DNA from: Octopus sinensis
Taxonomy: Eukaryota
Direction of reading: 5' to 3'
Assembly: GCF_006345805.1 (NCBI RefSeq)
Contig: NC_043020.1
Span: 20,088,001-20,152,000 of the forward strand
DNA: 64,000 nucleotides
Part shown: piece after piece, positions 39,901 to 53,200 of the stretch
How positions within the stretch are numbered: position 1 is the first letter of the stretch
Layout: each line of letters starts with the position of its first letter
Notes under the pieces: model-generated
What the model was told of the DNA's origin: nothing
What the model saw: the letters and a program-made list of their open reading frames with translations, nothing else
Databases searched by the model: none
Translations under genes and position numbers: made by a program

Positions 39901-42238
39901 ATGGTTCAAATGATTTGACAAGTCATTAAAAGTGCCTGGATACAAGTTTAGATATAAATTCACTCCTCATTTATTACATGCAGGGTTTTAACAAACATGT
40001 TGCATATACAGAAATTATTAAATATGTAATCATACGGACAATAAAAAAGGAGATACAAAAAGCACAGGAAATTCAACCAGTAAACAATGGCACCAAGTTT
40101 AAATCAATATAACTGAAATAAATCAATAAACACATTTTAAATAGATTCACAATAAACTAATTCCCTCTGAGTGTCAGTAATCCAGAACTCTTCACTCATT
40201 CAACCACAACACATTTATGCTGAAACCACATCACACCTGCTTTACAGGGAGAGAGCTTCTACATGGTCATTTGACTTGCTAGAAATAGTAGCCAAATCTA
40301 CTTTCAAATCGTACTTCAGTCCCCCAACTACCAAACAAAATCCATCAGGTAACATCACCATCGTCTAACATCTGCCTTCCATGCTGGCATGAGTGGGACA
40401 AACATATACAGTACATTGTGGGGGTGGGGGGGGAGAGAAAGCAGGATGGTGTATGGCTAAAACATCTCTGATCACAGATCTGCTGAATGAGGTTTGATTC
40501 AGGTTAAACAGCATGAACTGTTTTACTTCAACAATAGACTTACTTTCTTTGAAGCGGGAGTCACATGGGGCATCTCATGAAATGGAATTGGGTCAATTTC
40601 CATTACCACGTATTCAGTGAGCTGCTTTGGGCCACTCAGACTCTGAAATGGTTCTCTCCAATAAACCTGTCCACTGATTTCTGCAACTGGAAATGGAAGG
40701 AAACAAGTACAGCAGGCATTACAACAATTCCTCTTCTTAATAAGCATCTTTTAATAACAACAACAATCCTTCTCCCAACACGTCAGCAATATCATCGATA
40801 TTTCTCTCATTATCATATAGCAATAGAGGAGACAAGTGAAATATGGATATCAAAACAAAATGTATAGATGTCCACACTACTGCTGTGAACACAATGGTGA
40901 AACCACTTCAGTGAAGAAGATATTAGATTCTTTATACAAAAATGACAAGATGAAATTCTTGTAAAGGAGGGGAGAGGAGTCATTATGACATTACCATACT
41001 GATATGAAATACATTTATTTAAAAGATGTTGTAATATCTAGACATCACCATCCTCATACAGGTATTTTAATTACATTAACATGCCAACAGAAAATAAAAT
41101 TATGGTATGCTACAATTCTGAAATGCGGTTACTACCATTAAAAAAATATTGCTATGCTGAAGCAAAAAACACGACAATGTCACAATACAGACATAGAGAC
41201 ATATTAAGATCATAGCATAAACTTATAGAAGTATTTAACAGGTGGAAAGACAAAATGGGAAAATAGTGATCAGGTTTTTAAAAAGCAGGCTGTAGTAGAA
41301 TAGGGTGCTAACAAGGAGATTTACCTCAAATCTAACAAATGGAACTAAGTAGTCTCAGTGTGACCCTTCAGGAGACATATCCTCACATTACTAGATAACA
41401 CTATTAAATTAACCACTGCTTGAGATGTTGCCAGCTGAACAAATTTCTGATAATCAAGGATTAGGAAACACATTTGCCATCATATCATCATATGCCCACT
41501 TTTCTATGGAATGGATAGGTTTTCTTCAGCACTGTTTCTTGCTACTTGTTGTGGTCTCTTCTAAGATGGAGCCTTCAGCACTTCATTACCAATCTTCCAC
41601 TATACACTCCTTCCAGTTGAATTGTTTGCTACTTCATTTAATTGTTATTCATACCAGTGAAGCCTTCACACTTGCAGATGATTCTTTTAATGTCCATTTA
41701 TTTTCAGCTCATTTGTTGTTCATGTTAACTTGCTCTTGCAAACCAATAAAGGAGATGCAAGAGGGGAGAGAGAGAAAGGAGGAAAGAGAGAGATAGACAG
41801 CACCTAGAAGACCAGTTGTGGTGCAAAGATGTAAAATTGTCCTTACTTTGTAAAGAAATGGGATCAATGATATGAACTGCCTTAGTTACTCGGTACACGA
41901 CACAAATTTGTGAAATGTTTCCAAGAGAAGCAGCCAGTTTCTTGGGAAGACATACAACATCATCCTGCAAGCAGAAAAAAAACAAGAATAAAACGAATTA
42001 TTTAAAAATAAATCTAAACCTAAAATATAGCAGTAATTTTACATGGCTCAGAGGAAAAATATAAATGTACATCCACAAGTAAGTGAGGTGGCAAACTGAC
42101 AGAAGCATTAATGTTGGATAGAACGCTTTGCAGTACTCACTCCGAGTTCAAACTATGCCAAAGTTAGCTTTGCCCTTCATCCTCTTAAGATCAATAAATA
42201 AACCATCAGTCCAGTCAATTCGTTAAGTGTGTGTGTGT

Positions 42239-42289
<51 letters not shown>

Positions 42290-44533
42290 GTTGGCCACTT
42301 TCATTTCATGTAAATTCTTACTCAATTGGTCAAAAACTTAATGTTCAATGATGAGGCCAACAGAATCCACCACTCATTGCCATAGGCATGGCTGTGTGTT
42401 TAAACAGTTCACTCAGTGCTATACATGTGCCCAAGGTATCACACAATGGGACTGAACCCAAGACCACACTGTTGGGAAACAGGTTTCTCAGCCACACAAT
42501 CATGCTCTCTCTCTCTCTCTCTCTGTGATTGTGTACATAAAGTAAGCAAGAGAGATATAATTGTTCTGGACAGGGCACTATGTGAATTAGTTCACTCTGA
42601 AGTATATAATAATATTTCATGTCTAGCAGTGTCTTGAACAGGTTTTATAAACACAATCAGGAACACAAAACTATTAATTCCAATGTTATGTTATGTTATG
42701 TGGGCAATAATAATTCTAATTTGCACAAACCAGAAATTTTGAAGTGGGTGACAAGTCGATTACATTGACCCCAGTCCTTGACTGTTACCTATTTTATCAA
42801 CCCTGAAAGGATTGGAGGCAAAGTTAACCATGGCAGAATTTGAACTCAGAATATAAAGAGTGGGAAGAAGAGCGACTAAGCATTTTATCTGACATACTCA
42901 TGATTCTGTCAGCTTGCTGCCATCATTATAATTCTACATCTGATGTCTTAGCCTCAAAAAGTAGCTATACTCATGTTTCATACTAAGCCTGATATTAGGG
43001 ATGAGATTTATGAATTCTTGTGATTTATAAAAACATTTCTTCAATTATACATAACTAGTATATATAGATATAGATATATGGCAAAGGGACTAGAGGTTTC
43101 AGATTGTAAGACAGTGTGTGAGAGAATCATGATGTAGGAGAGAGTGTATCCACATGGATGATAGTTCATTTGCAATTAGATATTCTGCAAAGAAAGAGAC
43201 TTGAAAATGCCACTATGAAAGGTTGCTAAATGCAGAGAATGCATGGGAGAAGGAGAGTCTACCTAATGTAGAGGAAAAAGTTCTGAAAGTGTAGTTGTTA
43301 AAATAAGAACAGGCTGGGCAAAATTTAGAGTGTCACTACCTTTGTTGGTAACAAAGAGCTTCTCAGTGTGAAAGAAAAAAATTGTATGAAGCCTGTATAA
43401 GTAAAACTATGCTGCATAGCAGTGAAACACAGGCTATGGCTACAGACAACATGAGAAGGTTTGAAAGGAACAAAGCCAGCATGCTCTGCAGGATGGGTAA
43501 TGTCAGTGTACACATACAACAGAATGTAAATGATTTAAGAGAAAAATTGGATATAAGAGGCATCAGATGTAATGAGAAGACTGCACTAATATGGGCATGT
43601 GATTCATATGGATGAGAACAGTTGTATAAAGAGGTGCTGATGTCAAATTGTGGAGAGAATATGTGGAAGGGGTAGACCCAGGAAGACATAGGACAAAATG
43701 TCTTAGTCTCGCAGGATCATGGGTACTGGTACCACATAAAAGAACACGTGCTGGTGTCACGTGCCAGTGCCAGTGCCACATAAAAGCATTCATGCCAGTG
43801 ATACGTTGAAAGCACCCAGCACACACTGTAAAGTGTTTGGTGTTAGGAAGGGCATCCAACCATAGTAACCATGCCCAAACAGACAAATGGAACTAAAGCA
43901 GCTCTCCAGCAGGCCAACTCCTGTCAAACCGTCCAACCAATGCCAGCTGGAAAATGGATGTTAAATGAAGATGATGTGTGAGAAATTAAGATAAACTCAA
44001 GTTTATATCATTCATTCCATATGTAGGTTTCATCGGATGATGAAAATCTACATAGAACCCTAGTATCAACAGTACACACAAAATATATATATTGCTAGGG
44101 ACAGGCATGGCTGTGTAGTTTAAAAGTTTACTTCACAAATGTATAGTTCCAGGTTCAATCTCACTACATGATATCTTGAGCAACTGTTTTTTATAGCCTC
44201 AAGCCATCTAAAGCCTATTGGGTGGATTTGATAACCAGAAACTGAAAGACGCTCACTGCAATATTTGTAAACAAGTCTAACTGCTATACAAGCAGTGTTA
44301 TACATTTTTGTGTCAGTGTATATTACATCATCATTTTAACAACCACTTTCTCATGCTCACATTGTTCAGGACTTTGCCCTTCCTTTTGCCAACCTTCACC
44401 TGTTTCCAAGCAAAATAATATTTCCCGATGACCAGACATGTTTTTCAAAAAATACTGAAAACAATGGGCACCATTTGCATAATGATGACACCCATTTACA
44501 ACAATTGTGTGATGTAAAGGCAAGGAGACAATA

Positions 44534-44582
<49 letters not shown>

Positions 44583-47500
44583 AGGCTTCTCTCAGTTTCT
44601 ATCTACCAAATCCATTCACAAGGGTTTACTCAGCCTGAAGCTATAATAGAAGACATTTGCCCAAGATACCATGCAATGGGATTGAACCAGGAACCATGTG
44701 GTTGAGAAGCAAACTTCTTATGACACAGCCACACACACACACATATAATCAGACAAAGGAAAAATATTTACAGCTTTGATAATGAAAATCAGTTCAATTT
44801 TTCTCCATTTACATGATTATTTAAAAAAAAAATAGATCTCACCTTACACACAGGGACAATCTCCACTGAGAACGCCCATTTATAGTTGGCAATGTTGCTG
44901 TGAATGTCCATAGAGAGAAGTTCCTGAGCTATCTGATACCTAGAGAAATACAAACCAAAATTAGCAGAGAATATATGGCTTCCAAAATGTTCTATGTTTG
45001 TGTATTTTCACTGTTCCCCCAAAGACAATTAACAAAGGAACTGAAAGCAAAGAAAATGCTGAGGATAACCCTTGCTCATCCAACAAACAATTGCAAACTG
45101 CATTACTATATATATTAACATATATCTTCAATAATTCAAACTGAATATTAAACTATACCATATAAAGAAAAGCTTTGTTCGAAATATCAGTATTCTCATC
45201 TCTGATGCACAAAAAAAAAATTTTCTTTATTTTTTTAATCTTTTACAATGTATGTTATACATAATACAGTATCCCTATGAACTACACTAAATATTAACTT
45301 TCTAAAATATCCAGTAAACTTGGTTATTTCCTTTTGATTGTAAACAATCCTGCTAAGTGATTCATGCTGCATATCTGATTTTTACAAGGGCTTTACTTTT
45401 TCATATTACTTGGCTGATAATTCTGAGAGAATTTTTAATGTTGTTTTCTATGTAGTATACACATATAATTTTTTATAGAAGTGGAGAGTGGAAATGTTTA
45501 TTCAAATTAGCTTTTATAAGTAAAAGTGTGCACAAATGGCAACTAAATATATGAACTAAGAAAACAGCTTCCTAAGCAATGGCACAATCACCATACAGCT
45601 TGGTTCAAGAGGTCAGCAAAATAATTTTTTTCCTGCACTCAGGACTGTGATCAAGAACCCATTTTCTTACAGTATGACAACATTCTGACTATCAGACGCT
45701 ATCTCAATGGTTAGAGCTTAAAAAGATGAACTAACTACATAAAATAGAGTTACACTGAAGACACAAAGAGAAGGCATGACAAATAAAAGAAAATCATTGT
45801 TAAGGAATGTGAAAATACTACTCAACTCACTTGCATGGTACCACTAACAGGAGAAAGTCCACAAGTTTCCTGGCATCATTTTTCGTAGCATAATAAAAAT
45901 CCAAACCACCTTTATAAAAAAATAATATAATCATCATTTAATGCTGGTTCAACAGGATCCAATCCAAAATTTGGAGGACTGAATCATGGACTAATTTTTG
46001 GCAATGGTTTCTAATGCCAACCACTTTGCAGTGTACTGGTGAGGAAACCTTGGAACATGAAGACTAAAAGGCCTAAAGGAGAACAGGGAATTGGGAGAGG
46101 GAGAGAGCAATGATTTCAGGCAAAGTGATGAGGGAGGTTGAAGTATGATAGAAGGAACAGATTGAGAGAGTAAGAAAGTAGTCGCTATTGTGGGAAGGAA
46201 TTCATGCATTGGTCAGTAACAAAGAGAGGGAATGGTAAGGATGATGAGATGAGTGAAGTTGAGCAGGATACATGGCATCAATATCCCTGGTTGTGATGAC
46301 TTCAGAGATATATTATTTTGTGAAAAAAACTAGCACTGCTCAGTGGAAAATAGTAATTCAAAGAAAATGTCAAGCTGTCATAATTCTTAAGAAGCCATAC
46401 TCACAATAGTAGGTCATATAATAAGTGCCCAATAAATTCTCATGTGTAATTCTATTGCATTAAATACATTGGCATTAAAGTAATTGTCAATAAACTCATT
46501 GCCATGCATTTTATCTGCAGAGTAATTAAGTTGCAATACATAAAGAATGGATAAGAAATCCAAAGAGCAAAAAAATCTAATTAAATTTACTCAATATATA
46601 CATAAAAAAAAATCTAGTGTACAGAAAGTGTGATATGCCATGGAAAATATGTGAAAACTGGAAAGAAATGAAGTGAGCAGGATCTACTGGATGAGTAATG
46701 TCAGCAAGCATGAAGGGTGCAGAGAGAAACTGGGCTATGAAGGTTTTCATTGTAGTGTTCAAGAAGATTGCAATAGTATGTGATGCATATGAAGAATGAC
46801 AGTTAATGAAAAATTGCTAAATGATGCAGGTAGGAAAAGCATGTGGAAGGAGAAGACTGAAGGGGGCAGACATGGCTGATTTCAAGAGCCTCACAAAAGA
46901 TGATAAAGGACCAGAGCATGGAGAGAGAGAAAGAGATAGACACCATGTTGAAAAGTGACCTGTTCGAATGATTCCAGCATGGAAAAAGTAAATTTAAAGA
47001 TGATGCTCAACTATACGTACCATGCATAGGTTTAATGTTTACAGTGTTCTGGTACATGTTATGCTTCAACAGAAGTTGCTCCAAGTAATAGAATGTTTTC
47101 TTGTGTTGTGTCTGCAAAGAAATGGGAAATCTATTACAGCATTTCATTAAGCTAGTCAGCAACAATCAAAACAGCTGGAATTAGTAAAACAGTTGCAACA
47201 GATTTTCATTGTTCAGTACCTGCTCTAACATCAATCCAAATCTTACCCAAATCAGATTAAACCATTCATAACTATGTCTCTTGTGAACAGATTGATTGTG
47301 TGATTCAATTAATTTTGAAATATAAAAATTTTGAAGCATCAAAATACTTATTAAAATATCTTTAACATTATATATAATAGTATATGATGCTGGTGTTAAC
47401 CAACTGAAATCTCATGACATTATTCAAGTTATGAAATTTTAATATAAATATGAACATTTTATAGGCAGTCTCAGGTGGGTTAACATAGGTATTCTTACTC

Positions 47501-50176
47501 GGAAGTAAACTGGCACTTCGTTGGTTACAACGATGAGTGTTCCAGTTGAACCAATCAACAGAACAGCCTGCTTGTGAAATTAACGTGCAAGAGGCTAAGC
47601 AATCCACAGAGATGCATAACCTTAAATGTAGTTCTCAGAGAGACTCAGCATGAAACAAAATGTGACAAGGCTGGACCTGTTTGAATTACAGGTACAACAT
47701 CTCGTTTTTACCAGCTGAGCGGACTGGAACAATGAGAAATGAAGTGTTTTGCTCAAGAACATAACGCACTAATAAGTAACAAACCTGATAATAAGTTTGA
47801 GTGTTAAATGTTGCATTATGAAGTAAAGTGCTATAAGAGTACTAGATTATGAGAATGTGTCAAATGTGTCAATTCCACCAGCAGCTCTGTGTTTAACTCA
47901 ATGGTCCAGTTCCTTTAACAGCACTAAAAGATAAGCAGCCACAGCAATGTATAACAAACAAATGCTTTTTTAGCTTGTAGTACTGAGTTCCAATCTTACT
48001 ATGGGCTACAGGGTAGACATAGGTACTAAAAGGAGTATTATATGTCATCAAAGGAGCAACTACATAGTTACTCAAACTGTTAGGAATAGTCAAATTACCA
48101 TCAAATTACATATTTCCATCTTGAATAAAGGATGCATCAGACATAATAATCTGAAGTGTACAAAAAAATAGGATAATCAAGAACAGCTTTGATCATAGGC
48201 CTGCTTTATCAGGGATGACCTGGAATTGAACAACATCTCATGATTTTATTGCTAAAAGTGATGACCAAGTAATTCTCTTCCAGAAAAATTACAGAGGAGA
48301 GGAGGAGAGAGAGAGAGAAACAGAAGAAGAGAGGAATAACTAACCTTTTGCCTGATTTGAACCACAGCCCTCCAAAAGTCTTTAGCCTCAACACGATGAC
48401 AATCAGAACACATCTGGTTGTGAACAGTAAACTCTACTATAAATACTTGCTGTAACACAGCTCCATTAATAATCTGAATTTTAAAAAATGGAAACCATTA
48501 ATTTATTATCATCTTCACTTTCATTAATTAAACATTTTTTAGTAGGTCAATAAATTTATAACCATACAAATATACACTGAAAAGAGATGAAAATTTGTAA
48601 CTGCAATGATTATTGCATGAAAATCATTTTAATGTCCACTTTTCCATGCTTAAATAGATCAGACAGAATACCACTCATATAACAGCAGACACTTGTTTTA
48701 TAATCATACAATGTCAAGACAAGGAAGCACACATACATGACAGGCTTCTTTCAGTTTCCATCCATCAAATCCATTCACTGTTTTCACTGGGTACAGAATA
48801 TTGTCGTAGTTCTGTAATAAACTCTTTTTGACCAGGAACGAAGGACTCAACTAGTTATAAAGATTAACGCTTTCGCATTTAAACCAGCCATACCAGGCCA
48901 AAATATATAAGTTTTATGTTCAAATCAGCCTGATCCAGCTTCTCACACCAACCCTACAATGTCATTCTAAAAATAAACAATCACATCATTGAAATCTCAA
49001 AGCTGTGAGTTAACGAATGATTAATTCAAAACAATGTGAATAAATAAGCAGAACATTTGCCAGAATAATCTGAATGCCAAATAGTTAGAGATTTTGGTAA
49101 AGTCAAGATGGATGACATCTAACCATGAGCTGCGATCTGTGACTTGGCCGATGCCTTCAGCAAATTCAATGAGTTGACCACAGAAGCTGGATTTAGGGAT
49201 AAATCCAAATAGTGAGGGTTGAATAAGGCTAAGAGATTCCCAGAGTATTTCTCTGAGAGATTCCCATCAACAGGAGAATATTATCAACATCATCATTGTC
49301 ATCATTTTAACATCCACTTTTCATTACTTGTATAAGCCAACTAATGCCTTGTAAGTGAATTTGGTACATGGAAACTGTGTGAATGTTGTGTATGCAAGTG
49401 TATATGTATATATTTACATGTACTTACAAATACATATGTATATATATATATGTATGTGTGTACACAGTCTTATGCTGGTATCTTGCTCCCACCACATGAC
49501 AAGCAGTGCTACTTTGTTTATGTCCCCATAAGATAGCAGCTTAGTAAAAAGAGATTGACAGGATAAGTAGCAGCCTTTTAAAAACATAATACTACATTCT
49601 ATGTGTACAACTAAACCCTTCAAGGTGGTGCCACAACATGGCTGCAGTCCCAATCTCTGAACAGAATGAAAAAAATATGTCCTCACTTCTTTCTGTATAG
49701 TTAGCTTCAGCTTGATCCGTTGGGAATGTGGCTCTGTCCAGATAAAGCCAGCATCAATTAAATTAACCTAGAAATGAGAAGAATTAAGACTTTTTTTAGT
49801 AAAAAAGATGTAGCTCTAAACTTACTAAAATAATCCAAAATACAAAACAATACAACAATCACCTCCATCCTGAACATAAAACTCAAACACTTTTTTTTTC
49901 CAGCTTTACCTTATTAAGGCCTTTCAGTTTTTTCAAACAGATTTTCAACAGTTGCTTCGATTCCAACTGTGCAGATACCCAAGTGGCAGGTGGTTGCAGA
50001 TATCTGCAAAGAAAGAGACAAGAAACTCAATCCATAAAGTTCGTATCAAATAAGTAAAAAGAATATAAAGTAAAAAGAATATAAGTAAAAAGAATATAAA
50101 GTATTAAAGAAAGTTGACAACAGAATTGCCATTATTTATTGCTAATCGGAATTCACATATTGGGAATAGATACAAG

Positions 50177-50242
<66 letters not shown>

Positions 50243-53200
50243 AGATAAGCATTCCTTTAAATTCAACCCGTTAACTACCTAGTATTATTTCTGCGCAATT
50301 GATTAACCCTGTTAGTTTCTCTATTCTGTCTATTTCAGCTTCACGCCTCATGTTAAATATATAATCCTACAGTTCCTCTTACCTATCGATGTCTAAGATA
50401 AATTTAGCTCACGCATCTACCCTAAATCTGCAACATATCACTCTCTCAATTATGTCTCTTAATACCTACAACAAAGAATTCCTTCTCCAAGAGATGAGAA
50501 AATTTAGCTCACGCATCTACCCTAAATCTGCAACATATCACTCTCTCAATTATGTCTCTTAATACCTACAACAAAGAATTCCTTCTCCAAGAGATGAGAT
50601 GCGCCCCCTTCATGGCTGCTAGTTTTCGCGGTGCCCAGCCCTCCCACCTCCTCCACCTTTACCTGAAGTCCCAATTTTGTCATCCTTGGTTGTCTCCCAT
50701 GAACACTTCTAAAGGCTTACGCCACCCCCACCCCCTACTATACAAGGTAGTGATCATACAGTGGCAAAATATGATAGTGTAGTGTACACGGTTTGAACTG
50801 GAGTCTACAGTTTGTCAATGACTCCTGCCAAATGCGAGTTTTCTTTTCAGGTACATGAAGCTACTGTCCCCCGTCCCAAGGTCCCTAGGGCCCATACCTC
50901 CCACACCCTCAGGGTTGGCACCCTCAACGTCGGCACGCTGAAAGGTGGGCCTGGCGAGATTGTTGAGATGCTTGAATGGAGATGTGTCGATATGTGTTGC
51001 ATCCAAGAAGTGAGGTGGAGAGGAGGTTCTGCTAGGTTCCTCACAGGCAAAGAACATAGGTACAAGATTTTCTGGGCAGGGAACAGTGACAGGGTCGGGG
51101 TGTGGGTATACTTCTCGGTGTAAAATGGGTAGATAAGGTAATTGAGGTAGTTAGAGTATGCGACAGAATACTTAAGATTAGATTAGTGGGTCATCATGGT
51201 TTAGCAACCATTATATCAGCCTATACCCCTCAGCCAGGGCTACCCGATGGACAGAAAGACCGATTCTATGACACCCTACTGCAGACTACCTCATTGACGA
51301 ACAACAGGGACCTTTTCTTTGTGGCTAGTGACTTCAATGGGCATGTTGGACAGCATGCTGGGGGCTTCCATGGCGTACATGGAGGCTACGGTTATGGTTC
51401 CCGCAACGAGGAGGGAACCAGGCTGCTGGAGTTCTGCGATGCGAACTTCAGGAAACCTACCAGCCACCTAGTTACCTACCACTCCGGCAGACACACTAGT
51501 CAGATTGACTAGATCCTTGCCAGAAACAGGGAAAGATGGCTGCTTATAAATGCCAAAACCTTCCCAGGTGAAGAATGTACCCCACAACTTAGACTGGTAG
51601 TTAGTGACTTCTGGGTAAGGGCTAAATGGATGCCCAGAAGACAACCAGCAAGGAGAAGAAGGGTCTGGAGATTTAAAGATCCTGCAAATGGACAGAGATT
51701 TAGAGACATATTACTTGAAACCTTTGACGAAATAGAAGGGGATATAGCTTCACATGAGGTAGAAGACTACTGGAGGTTCCTAAGGGACAACCTGCTGAGA
51801 GCCACTGACCAGATCTGTGGTTGGTGCAAAGTCCCCTCAAGACCCAAAATAACGTCGTGGTGGAACAATATTGTTGACAGGGCTATTAGACAAAAGAAAC
51901 AGGCATGGAAGGACTGGAAGAACGGTGGTAGCAGGGAAGTGTATCAGACTGCCAGAAGGGAAGCTAGGAGGCAGGTGTATTTAGCCAGAGGGGAAGCAGA
52001 TAAGAAAAAATTTGCCAATGTTCTGCATCATGAGGACCAAAGACTTGATGTGTTTCATATTACAAGAGTGTGTGACAGAATCGTGATGTCATAAGAGAGA
52101 AATGTGTCTGCATAGATGAAGGCTCACTTGCATTTAATGATGCTAGAAAGAGAGAGACTTGGAGATACCACTATGAAAGGTTGCTAAATGAAGAGAATGA
52201 TCGAGAGAAAAAGAGTCAGCCAAATGTTGACCCATCAGAGGGACCAGCTATTCAAATTGAGAGTACCTTGGTAGATAAAGCAATTAAGGGTATGAAGACG
52301 GAGAAGTTCCCAGCCCATCAGGAATTACTGCAGAGATGCTCAAAATATCTGGCAGTGTCGGCTACAGCCTAGTCACCCATATAGTTAACCAGGTGATACA
52401 CGAAGGAGTCATACCCAGTGACTGGTGTAGCAGCATTATAGTCAACTGCTACAAAGGTAAAAGTGACACATTAGATAGGAATAATCACAGAGGTATCAAG
52501 TTGTTGGATCATGTGATGAAAGTTACGGAGTGGGTCATAGCCCAACTAATTAGGGAGAGAGTCAGTTTAGATGAGATACAGTTTGGGTTTGTGCCAAGGA
52601 GAAGCACCACTGATGCCAAATTTCTGTTAAGACAGCTGCAGGAGAAATTCCTAACCAAAGATAAACTTCTGTACTTGGCTTTCATTGACATGAAGAAAGC
52701 CTTTGACAGGATCCCTCAATCCCTTATCTGGTGGTCAATGCAGAAACTAGGGATAGATGAGAGGTTAGTGAGAGCTGTACAAGCTATGTACAGGAATGCT
52801 GTCAGTAAGGTGAGGGTTGGCAACAAGTATAGTGAAAAATTCTGGGTAGAAGTAGGAGTCCACCATGGATCAGTCCTCAGCTCCTTCTTATTCATCAAAG
52901 TTCTCAAAACAACAACAGAATTCGAAATAGGCTGCCGCTGGGAGCTCCTCTATGCTGAGTCACTATCAGAACTAGAGGAGAAGTTTCAGATGTGGAAGCA
53001 AGATCTAGAATCAAAAGGCCTTAGAAGTCAATTTGCAAAACCGAAGTTTTAGTAAGTAGGAAAGCAGACAAACTACAAATCCCTTCAGGTAGATGGTCCT
53101 CCTCGATCAGTAGGAAAGGCATGGGTAGAAACTCAATAAAATGTACTTGGTGTAAGCTATGGACACATAAAAGGTGCAGCAATATCAAAGGAAGGTTAAC

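Noticed and set aside
49896-49909. Intron start GTA AAG CTG (VKL) mimics the next exon start (VNL), suggesting intron gain by duplication
   Set aside because: Only three codons are involved, and I recall the same intron position in vertebrate NMD3, so this is likely coincidence.
50600-50810. Possible HDV-like ribozyme at the RTE 5' end (known for some RTEs)
   Set aside because: I could not build the nested double pseudoknot by eye; an RNArobo or Infernal search would be needed.
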